A DNA stretch of 64,000 bases from the IMG/VR virus record IMGVR_UViG_3300042891_002054; one strand, given 5' to 3'. The DNA is from a virus. Its lineage: Duplodnaviria > Heunggongvirae > Uroviricota > Caudoviricetes. Below are positions 46,670-53,819 of this stretch, piece by piece. The position numbers and the translations under genes are program-made. The notes beneath the pieces were generated by a model. It did no database searches, had not been told where the DNA came from, and saw only the letters and a list, made by a program, of their open reading frames with translations. How positions within the stretch are numbered: position 1 is the stretch's first letter; the number at the start of each line of letters is the position of its first letter.

Positions 46670-46879
46670 ATGAAAATGACGAAATTTGTATTAACCATAA
46701 ATGATCAAGAAGTTGTGGTTTCTTTTGACGATGCTGTAGTGCTCTATAAGGAATTGCATGAAATTTTTGGTAAACGAGAATATGCAACTAATATCAGAGA
46801 CCCTGAAGATTCCCTTCCAACGGTTAGTCCCAGAATCGCTTGGCCATGGGGAATTGATACAAGTAAATTTACTGACTAA
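46670..46879 (+). CDS. Hypothetical small protein
   Basis: 69-aa ORF after nrdA. Confidence 0.35.
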   Translation: MKMTKFVLTINDQEVVVSFDDAVVLYKELHEIFGKREYATNIRDPEDSLPTVSPRIAWPWGIDTSKFTD

Positions 46880-46912
46880 ATATAATTAAATTTTATTATA
46901 ATAAGGAGAAAT

Positions 46913-47053
46913 ATGCCAACATTAATTACACTTATTTTTATTTTATTTTATGTTGTATTATTTCTCCCTATTATATTTTTATTAACAGTATTTTTTTATA
47001 ATCTTGGTGTTGTATTACACCAATTTTATTATAATATAAAAGGGAAATTATGA
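46913..47053 (+). CDS. Small hydrophobic membrane peptide (46 aa), unlisted ORF
   Basis: Strong SD 'taaggagaaat' then ATG. Translates to MPTLITLIFILFYVVLFLPIIFLLTVFFYNLGVVLHQFYYNIKGKL. Its stop overlaps the galE ATG (ATGA). Confidence 0.4.
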   Translation: MPTLITLIFILFYVVLFLPIIFLLTVFFYNLGVVLHQFYYNIKGKL

Positions 47054-47937
47054 TTTTAGTGACAGGTGGATTGGGATATATTGGATCGCATTTAGTAGTT
47101 GATCTGTTAAATGAGGGTAAAGAAGTTGTTATTCTAGATAATTTATCAAGATCTAATATTACAACTCTTGATCATATTGTAACAATTACAGGCAAATCAC
47201 CATATTTTTTTACAGGTTGTATTAGTGATGTATCTCTATTAAAAACTATCTTAGGATTATATTCTATTACAGAAGTAGTCCATCTAGCTGGATATAAATC
47301 AATCAAAGAAAGCGCAAAATATCCTGAATTATATTTTGATAATAATGTTAATAAATCTGTTACTTTCCTAGAATATATTGTCGAACACGGTGTTAAAAAT
47401 ATTATTTTCTCGAGTTCAGCAACTGTTTATGCTCCATCCGACGAACCATTAACCGAACTTAGTCCAACTGGTCCAATGTCAACTTATGGTGCTACAAAAT
47501 TATTGGTTGAACAAATTTTACAAAAAATATCGCAACAAAATCCAGATTTAAAGGTTACTATCTTAAGATATTTTAATCCTATTGGGCAACATTCAAGTGG
47601 ATTATTGCGGGATTCAGGTGCTGATAATTTGTATCCTAATATCAAAAAAGCTCTAGAAACAAATTCTGCTTTATCTGTTTATGGTAGCGATTACTCAACA
47701 CCAGATGGAACCTGTGTTCGAGATTATATTGATATTTCAGATTTAACTAAATACCATAAATTATTTCTAGAAAATTCTGTTCCAGGTTGCGAGATTTATA
47801 ATATTGGGACTGGTGTTGGTACAAGCGTTTTAGAAATTATTTCACAATTTTCAAATTTAATTTATGAATTTAAAGATCGCCGTAGTGGTGATGCGGCAAG
47901 TTTAGTGTGCTCCATTGATAAATTAAAATCAATATAA
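47050..47937 (+). CDS. galE: UDP-glucose 4-epimerase-like SDR (GalE-like), short
   Basis: 'ILVTGGLGYIGSHLVVDLL' and 'YGATKLLVEQIL' (YxxxK). 295 aa. Confidence 0.65.
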   Translation: MILVTGGLGYIGSHLVVDLLNEGKEVVILDNLSRSNITTLDHIVTITGKSPYFFTGCISDVSLLKTILGLYSITEVVHLAGYKSIKESAKYPELYFDNNVNKSVTFLEYIVEHGVKNIIFSSSATVYAPSDEPLTELSPTGPMSTYGATKLLVEQILQKISQQNPDLKVTILRYFNPIGQHSSGLLRDSGADNLYPNIKKALETNSALSVYGSDYSTPDGTCVRDYIDISDLTKYHKLFLENSVPGCEIYNIGTGVGTSVLEIISQFSNLIYEFKDRRSGDAASLVCSIDKLKSI

Positions 47938-47956
47938 AGAATAAGAAAGGAAGCCT

Positions 47957-48103
47957 ATGAAATATAAAGTAAATTGTTTCGAATGCGATTCAGAATATAC
48001 TGTTGAATATGAACAAGGATGTATTGCAGACGATCTAAAATTTTGTGCTATCTGCAAAAATGATGATATCGAATTAGAATTACTTGAAGACGAAGAAGAA
48101 TAA
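47957..48103 (+). CDS. Zinc-ribbon mini-protein (CxxC...CxxC), unlisted ORF
   Basis: SD 'aaggaagcct' then ATG. MKYKVNCFECDSEYTVEYEQGCIADDLKFCAICKNDDIELELLEDEEE. Confidence 0.35.
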   Translation: MKYKVNCFECDSEYTVEYEQGCIADDLKFCAICKNDDIELELLEDEEE

Positions 48104-48109
48104 ATCTTA

Positions 48110-48511
48110 ATGTGGATTTATAATGATATTGAATTAATTGAAGTTCCTGATAATGCAATTGGATTTGTATATATTATTACAAATAAATTAAATGGTAAAA
48201 AATATATTGGGAAAAAATTATTTCATTCATCTAAATTTATCCAAAGAAATAAAAAAAGAAAACGTGTTAAGATTGAGTCTGATTGGCAAAAATATTATGG
48301 TTCTAATGAAACATTAAAATCTCTGGTTCAAGAACATGGTACAGAATCTTTTACCAGAGAAATTCTTCATATATGTTATTCAAAATCTCAGGCTTCATAT
48401 CTTGAAGCAAAAGAACAATTTTCAAGGGATGTAATCCTTTCTGATCAATATTATAATGATTGGATTTCTGTTAAAGTTACTAGAAAACATCTACAGAAAT
48501 TCCAATTATAA
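48110..48511 (+). CDS. GIY-YIG nuclease-domain protein (truncated seg-like homing endonuclease)
   Basis: 'IGFVYIITNKLNGKKYIGKK' GIY-YIG motif. At 133 aa there is no DNA-binding domain. Confidence 0.6.
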   Translation: MWIYNDIELIEVPDNAIGFVYIITNKLNGKKYIGKKLFHSSKFIQRNKKRKRVKIESDWQKYYGSNETLKSLVQEHGTESFTREILHICYSKSQASYLEAKEQFSRDVILSDQYYNDWISVKVTRKHLQKFQL

Positions 48512-48514
48512 CCC

Positions 48515-48543
48515 TTTACTAATTTATAATGTTATAGTATAAT
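48515..48543 (+). promoter_or_regulatory. Sigma70-like promoter (TTTACT-N17-TATAAT)
   Basis: TTTACT 48515-48520, spacer ending 'gttatag', TATAAT 48538-48543. Confidence 0.45.
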
Positions 48544-48564
48544 ACTAATAAAAAGAGGTATTAA

Positions 48565-49260
48565 ATGTGTGCAGTGATTGGAGCAGTTTTAAATAATCCA
48601 AACATAACAGACTTTGACTTATTGTTGAAGGTTTTTATCGAATCAAAAATAAGAGGATTACATGCAACTGGTCTTTCTTATATCAAAAACAATAGAGTAA
48701 TAACTGAAAAGTTACCAATTCCTGCGGATCAATTCCCTTTTGATTTTCAAGAATATGTTAATGAGGATGGGAATTTGTATTTAGTTGGTCATTGTCGGTA
48801 TTCAACTTCTGATCTAGAATTTAATCAACCTATTTCTAATGATAATTTCTCTGTTGTTCATAATGGAGTAATTACTCAAGAACTTCCTGAACACTGGAAA
48901 GAATTGTATGGTTATGATTGTACTACAAGAAATGATACTGAATTATTACTTCATACACTAGAAGATAATAAATCTTCTCTAGAAGTTTGGCAAAATTCTT
49001 CATTGGCTGTTTGTGAACTCTATAAAGATAAAACTCTGAGATTTTATCGTAATGGCAAGCGTCCGCTATATTCAGCACAATTAAGTAATGGCTGGTTAGT
49101 AACATCAACTGAAAATATACCAAATCGAGCTGGAGTCAATGCGAGCAGCTCGATAATTGATGTTAACACATACTACTGTGTTAATGAATTTAAACTTCTT
49201 AAGCAAGCTTCTGGAGTGAATTCTCTAGATTTGCAGCAGGTAGATTATGCAAAAATATGA
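48565..49260 (+). CDS. Class II (Ntn) glutamine amidotransferase domain protein
   Basis: N-terminal nucleophile 'MCAVIG', 'GHCRYSTS' (GHxRYxTxG), 'HNGVITQ' (HNGeIxN) and 'RNDTELL'. Stand-alone 231-aa glutaminase domain. Confidence 0.7.
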   Translation: MCAVIGAVLNNPNITDFDLLLKVFIESKIRGLHATGLSYIKNNRVITEKLPIPADQFPFDFQEYVNEDGNLYLVGHCRYSTSDLEFNQPISNDNFSVVHNGVITQELPEHWKELYGYDCTTRNDTELLLHTLEDNKSSLEVWQNSSLAVCELYKDKTLRFYRNGKRPLYSAQLSNGWLVTSTENIPNRAGVNASSSIIDVNTYYCVNEFKLLKQASGVNSLDLQQVDYAKI

Positions 49261-50125
49261 TTCAAAAAATTTTACATGGGGTATGGAAATTGAATGGGGC
49301 GATGTTCATCGAGCGTTAGAAATCCCTACTCATCTTGGTTCCTGGGAACATGCTGAAACTGATATTATTAATTTAACAGAACCTTATAAAAACGTTTGTT
49401 GTGATCCTCTAGGTCTTGAGCCTCCTTTTGGCGGTGAGATCAATACTCGCCCAACAAAAACTTGGCAAGAACAGGTTGAACGTTATTTTGACTTAGAACA
49501 ATTTTTTATTGATAACGGTAATCAACCAACTGTTTGTACAACATCTCATACTCATATTCATTGTTTTGTTCCTGGGTTAAAAGATGATATTGATGCATTA
49601 AAACGATTAACAAAATATATTAAAGAAAATCAACAAGTTGCTATTGATCGAGTATATGGATTTTATGAACCAGCTAATATGAAGTTGGCTAAAGGTGCTA
49701 AAATGTATATGAAATTTGATGGTGGCCGCCCAATGCCGGATTATATGTGTAATAACATTATTAATTTAACAACTGATTTTGATCATTTTGTCAAATTACA
49801 TGCTGCCGGTAAAGATGGCGTTTCAATGGGTCGCCCGTTTCGTTATGCCATCAACATGTATTCAATGAAACATATTGGTACTGTTGAGTTTAGGCTCTTT
49901 AGATCAACGATGAACCGAGTTCAAATTGAATCTTGTTTTAGGTTTGTTAATGATTTTATGGATGCTGCATTAAACGATGGTCCGGATGTTCTAGAATTAA
50001 TTATGGAAAATAATTATGAATTTCCTCCAATGATTTGGGATTTAAATCAATTTTTAGGTTGGATCGATACAAAATATGACAAAGAACGTGGAAAAAAAGC
50101 TCGTGAATACCTTGAAGTTGAATAA
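49247..50125 (+). CDS. GCS2/amidoligase-like carboxylate-amine ligase (glutamine-synthetase fold)
   Basis: N-terminal 'FTWGMEIEWGDV' matches the YbdK/GCS2 'FTlGvElE' ATP-grasp-like start, with 'GGEINTRP' downstream. Confidence 0.5.
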   Translation: MQKYDSKNFTWGMEIEWGDVHRALEIPTHLGSWEHAETDIINLTEPYKNVCCDPLGLEPPFGGEINTRPTKTWQEQVERYFDLEQFFIDNGNQPTVCTTSHTHIHCFVPGLKDDIDALKRLTKYIKENQQVAIDRVYGFYEPANMKLAKGAKMYMKFDGGRPMPDYMCNNIINLTTDFDHFVKLHAAGKDGVSMGRPFRYAINMYSMKHIGTVEFRLFRSTMNRVQIESCFRFVNDFMDAALNDGPDVLELIMENNYEFPPMIWDLNQFLGWIDTKYDKERGKKAREYLEVE

Positions 50126-50663
50126 ATGCTCTAGGGATCAATTTATTTCAGCAATATCAACTGATAAAGGTGATAATTTTGCTAGAACTTTTGTTGCTAA
50201 AGCTGATATGCAAGAGCAATGGGATTATTGTATTGGATTATTTGATGGCTCTGAATTGTGTGGAGCAATTATAACAACAATTTCAAAAAGAACTCCACCT
50301 GTTGCTAATCTTCAATTACTGCATACCTTTGTTAAACACAGAGGTAAAGGTGTTGCTAAAATCTTATGCGAGGATTCATTAAAATCCGTTAGAGCAAATG
50401 GTGCAAAATATTTTCGAGTTTCTTCTGAAATCTCAGCAATTGCTTTTTATGAGAAGATTGGATTCAAATTTTGGGGTAAACAGAAAAGTGGGTGTCAGTT
50501 AAGCATCTTTAAAATCGTTGATGATACTTTTGTTGGTGGTGATTATGATTATGCAGACTCTGTAATCTATAATGCAGTCAATAAAAGAGGTAAAGGTGGA
50601 TGTGTTGAAGTCTTTGATTTAAAAAATTTTAAAAAAGTGCTTGACCTAGAGCAATTTTTATAG
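50076..50663 (+). CDS. GNAT family N-acetyltransferase (start uncertain; alternative ATG at 50208)
   Basis: 'HRGKGVAKILCEDSL' (motif A, R/Q-x-x-G-x-G/A) and 'AFYEKIGFKF'. The N-terminal 50 nt overlaps the upstream gene in another frame. Confidence 0.6.
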   Translation: MTKNVEKKLVNTLKLNKCSRDQFISAISTDKGDNFARTFVAKADMQEQWDYCIGLFDGSELCGAIITTISKRTPPVANLQLLHTFVKHRGKGVAKILCEDSLKSVRANGAKYFRVSSEISAIAFYEKIGFKFWGKQKSGCQLSIFKIVDDTFVGGDYDYADSVIYNAVNKRGKGGCVEVFDLKNFKKVLDLEQFL

Positions 50664-50669
50664 TAAAAT
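50641..50669 (+). promoter_or_regulatory. Sigma70-like promoter (TTGACC-N17-TAAAAT) with 'aaaaaagtgc' upstream element
   Basis: Same upstream element as the promoters at 5371 and 5460. Located inside the 3' end of the GNAT gene, 35 nt before the ATG at 50704. Confidence 0.5.
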
Positions 50670-50703
50670 AAGTTATCTTTAACAAAAACTTGAAAATTAT
50701 ATT

Positions 50704-52029
50704 ATGAAAACTGAAGATATTGCTGATCTGAGAACTATTTTATATCTACACACCAATAAGAATACTGGTAGAGTTTATCTTGGAGTTCATAGAACAGATG
50801 AAGATGATGATGGTTATATTACTTCATCAACATGCCCTTATTTTAAGCAAGATTGGACCCTTGGTTTGTTTAAAAAGCGCGAAAAATTGTTTGAAGGTAG
50901 TTATCGAGAAGCAATTAATTTAGAACATCAATTATTAGCAAAATATGATGCTGTAAATAATCCTAATTTTTATAATAAATCTAATGGTGGCGGGGCATTA
51001 GTTGATAAAAATTATATTGTTGATGAAAAAGTCTTTCAAGAAGCATGTGAATGGATTGAAGGTAAAAAAACAGAAACTGTTGTCGAGCTTCCTGTTTCTG
51101 GTCTATATAGACCAGATCACATGGAAAAATTGTACACCAATATAAAATTTGGTATGTATGAAACAGTTGAATATTCTGTAGAAATTTTATATACACTTGA
51201 TAAAAATCAAGTTAGAATGAATCTTTTAGATGAAAAACATGTAGAAGAATTAGTTGACTATTTTAAATACCCTGCTGAAGCAAGAAAAAATTTAACTCCA
51301 ATAATTGTTTCAATAGATAAAAATAAATTAAAAATTATTATTGATGGTAATCATCGAATTAATGCAGCATATAGAGCTGGTTGGTCAACTATTCCAGTAA
51401 TCCTTTTAGATGATAGTGAATTTTTTAATGATGTGAGAAATTATACACAGCTTGGTTTATTGTTAAATGATAAACCTAATATTACTTTGGGTAATAATTT
51501 GGATGATTTAGATAGACAAATTTATATTATTTCTAAAGAATTAGATTATTTAGAGATTGATTCTGATGAATTCATCAGTATACTTAAATCTAGATTTGGT
51601 GGAAAAGGAACAGGTCGTAAAGGTGCTATCTGGAAAGATAGTTCTATTACAAAACGATGCAAATCAATTGCTGCAAAAAATGCAGAATTAGCTCTACAAC
51701 AAGGAAAAAATTTTATTTCTTATTCTAAAACTAAATTGGATAATTATAAACGTGCTTATAAATTTAATTTTCCTAAAGTTGCAGTAATTACTCAAGGGAT
51801 TGATTCAATTTGTAATGCTGGTTTTGGTGGTATCACATCAATGATGAGCGAAGAAAATCGTTCTGAAGGTGTAATTATCGTTCATTACGGTAGCAAATAT
51901 TCCAATTGGGAAGATAGAAATTATATGATTGATAAATTTAATAAACAAGTTGAAAAAATTTTAGCTCCAGGGTTATCTGTTAAATTAGTTTTCCTGGATG
52001 CATTTAAAGAAGGATTTGAACATTGGTAG
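50704..52029 (+). CDS. GIY-YIG nuclease domain fused to ParB/sulfiredoxin-like domain protein
   Basis: N-terminal 'ILYLHTNKNTGRVYLGVHRT...E...N' (GIY-YIG) and a middle 'IIVSIDKNKLKIIIDGNHRINAAYRAGWSTIPVILL' (ParB N-domain GxxRxxA motif). 441 aa. Confidence 0.55.
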   Translation: MKTEDIADLRTILYLHTNKNTGRVYLGVHRTDEDDDGYITSSTCPYFKQDWTLGLFKKREKLFEGSYREAINLEHQLLAKYDAVNNPNFYNKSNGGGALVDKNYIVDEKVFQEACEWIEGKKTETVVELPVSGLYRPDHMEKLYTNIKFGMYETVEYSVEILYTLDKNQVRMNLLDEKHVEELVDYFKYPAEARKNLTPIIVSIDKNKLKIIIDGNHRINAAYRAGWSTIPVILLDDSEFFNDVRNYTQLGLLLNDKPNITLGNNLDDLDRQIYIISKELDYLEIDSDEFISILKSRFGGKGTGRKGAIWKDSSITKRCKSIAAKNAELALQQGKNFISYSKTKLDNYKRAYKFNFPKVAVITQGIDSICNAGFGGITSMMSEENRSEGVIIVHYGSKYSNWEDRNYMIDKFNKQVEKILAPGLSVKLVFLDAFKEGFEHW

Positions 52030-53042
52030 ACTACAGACTAAAAGAAAATCGTAGAGAAGCATTTATCCGCTGGTATGCATGGTCACTAAAATACAAAGAC
52101 TGCGATCCAGCGGTATGGGCAACTAATTACCTGAACCAAAGATACCAACACAACGATGAACAACGTCTTTGGTTCTGTTGGCTCTATGGTAATACCTATT
52201 ACCTGCCAACTGCTTGGGTTCTAATGAATGAGTTTCCAGATTTTGAATTAGCAACAGTTTCTAGAATAGAGCAGTGGAATAGTAAAAATTATAAACGGTT
52301 AAGATATCAAACAGATACAAAATGGAACAAAGGTCATCTCCCAGCAATGTTTGAGTCCTATCAAAAGTTTATTGGTAATGGTACTCAACGTGAACGATTA
52401 GAATCATTTTATGGGAATACACCTGAGCAATCTTTTAACAACCTCTGGGATGGAATCAAATCCAATTTGCATAAGTTTGGTCGCTATTCTACTTGGTTCT
52501 ATCTACAACACCTGCGCCATACTGGGCAAATTGATATCGAACCTGATAACCTTATGCTTAATGATTATAGCGGCTCCCGTTCTCACAGGAATGGGTTATT
52601 ACTTGCCCTGGGTCGAGATGATGAAGTTGATACACCTTTAACTGCTGATCAATATAAATCTCTAGAATTAGAAGCTCGTGATATTCTAAATGAAATCCAA
52701 AATCGTTTTCCTGACTTAAATGCGGACAATTTCCAATTAGAGACAGTACTGTGTAGTTTCAAGAAGATATTCCGAGTGAAGCATGGCAGATATTTAAGAT
52801 ATTACCTAGACCGTCAGGCAGAAGAGATACAGCAATTAGAACAAGACCAATGGCTAGGAATAGACTGGCAAGTGCTCTGGGATTCTAGAACAGAAACTCT
52901 AATCCCAGAATTAAATCTGAAAACTGGTATAGATAAATCTCTATTTGACTCATTCCTAATAACAGGTAATATCAAATCTCTTAATATGATGTTCGATAAT
53001 CCTGAAATAAAATTAAATAATAATCTACTAGAATTTATTTAA
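52023..53042 (+). CDS. Hypothetical protein (Trp/Tyr-rich), last gene of the amidoligase module
   Basis: 339-aa ORF overlapping the stop of the upstream gene. I see no confident motif. Confidence 0.4.
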   Translation: MVDYRLKENRREAFIRWYAWSLKYKDCDPAVWATNYLNQRYQHNDEQRLWFCWLYGNTYYLPTAWVLMNEFPDFELATVSRIEQWNSKNYKRLRYQTDTKWNKGHLPAMFESYQKFIGNGTQRERLESFYGNTPEQSFNNLWDGIKSNLHKFGRYSTWFYLQHLRHTGQIDIEPDNLMLNDYSGSRSHRNGLLLALGRDDEVDTPLTADQYKSLELEARDILNEIQNRFPDLNADNFQLETVLCSFKKIFRVKHGRYLRYYLDRQAEEIQQLEQDQWLGIDWQVLWDSRTETLIPELNLKTGIDKSLFDSFLITGNIKSLNMMFDNPEIKLNNNLLEFI

Positions 53043-53044
53043 AA

Positions 53045-53088
53045 TAAAGCTTTACTTTATCTGATACTCATAGTATAATAAAGTAAAG
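53045..53088 (+). promoter_or_regulatory. Promoter (TTTACT-N17-TATAAT) embedded in the loop of a 12-bp perfect inverted repeat
   Basis: The arms agctttacttta / taaagtaaagct flank 'tctgatactcatagtataa'. The -35 lies in the left arm and the -10 (TATAAT 53074-53079) in the loop. Confidence 0.45.
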
Positions 53089-53089
53089 C

Positions 53090-53152
53090 TCGTCTAGTCT
53101 GATCGGAGTCTAGTCGGAGTCTAGTCTGGAGTCTAGTCTGGAGTCTGGTCAG
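53090..53152. repeat. Tandem ~12-nt repeats (ggagtctagtct-like, about 5 copies)
   Basis: Reads cgtctagtctg atcggagtctagtc ggagtctagtct ggagtctagtct ggagtctggtc. Confidence 0.7.
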
Positions 53153-53211
53153 GACTAAATCCAAATAATAAAAATTAATAAGTAGTCTAAGTCAAAATCG
53201 ACCACTGAGCG

Positions 53212-53291
53212 AATCTATCCGATCTTTTCCAAATACCGCTGATCTTCTACGAATCCATCCGATCTTTTCCAAATACCGCTGATCTTTTCCA
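53212..53291. repeat. Two direct 38-40-nt repeats (gaatc(t/c)atccgatcttttccaaataccgctgatctt)
   Basis: Adjacent copies at 53212-53250 and 53251-53291 with 2-3 mismatches. Confidence 0.75.
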
Positions 53292-53330
53292 TATCACAAA
53301 CTTTAGTGTTCCGCGACTAAATCCGCCAGA

Positions 53331-53819
53331 TTATTGTTGATTGGTTTTATATTTAAAGGTTCTTGATAATTTTTCCCCATTACTTTTTGTTACCTGATTA
53401 GTTAATTCAAATTCTAGTATAGTATTAGCAAAGTTATTAATAATAATATCTGTTACAGTAGAATACAATATAGTTGGATTTGTTAGAGATATAGCTTCAG
53501 ATATTGTCCATTCAGAGGCAGTAATAGTTTGGTCAGGTAACAGCCATAGATCCCAGGGAACTGCTGTAAATTCAACTGTACCAGAGGTAGTGGTATCTTG
53601 CCCCCAAGTGGGTTCAGTTTCCGCTGTTCTACCTGCTGTGGTGCATTGGTAGTAATACCCATTATCAACACTAGGTTTACAGATATCGCCCAGACGATAG
53701 ATAAAGTCTGGAGTAAATGTTATTGGTGCCCAGTAGACAGTTACTTTGGTAACATCATCAGGATCTATATACCCAGCGATTTTTAGCGGACCTTTTTGAG
53801 TTGCTTGATAGATTTGCAT
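53331..53819 (-). CDS. Hypothetical structural protein (minus strand)
   Basis: 162-aa ORF directly downstream of, and co-oriented with, the minus-strand repeat protein. Confidence 0.45.
   Translation of the reverse strand: MQIYQATQKGPLKIAGYIDPDDVTKVTVYWAPITFTPDFIYRLGDICKPSVDNGYYYQCTTAGRTAETEPTWGQDTTTSGTVEFTAVPWDLWLLPDQTITASEWTISEAISLTNPTILYSTVTDIIINNFANTILEFELTNQVTKSNGEKLSRTFKYKTNQQ

Noticed and set aside
480-52641. Short internal or antisense ORFs: 480..683-, 1350..1541-, 2640..2828+, 4759..4983-, 5085..5339+, 7048..7245-, 13255..13482-, 18282..18536-, 22578..22877-, 25751..25936-, 28391..28576-, 32141..32503-, 36045..36260-, 39250..39435-, 40210..40392-, 41286..41504-, 41577..41828-, 45202..45429-, 45317..45520+, 48923..49123-, 50981..51196-, 52411..52641+, 58289..58513-, 59311..59529-, 61148..61447-
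   Set aside because: Each is nested within or antisense to a longer ORF that has clear homology or operon context. Their low-complexity translations are typical of AT-rich out-of-frame reading.
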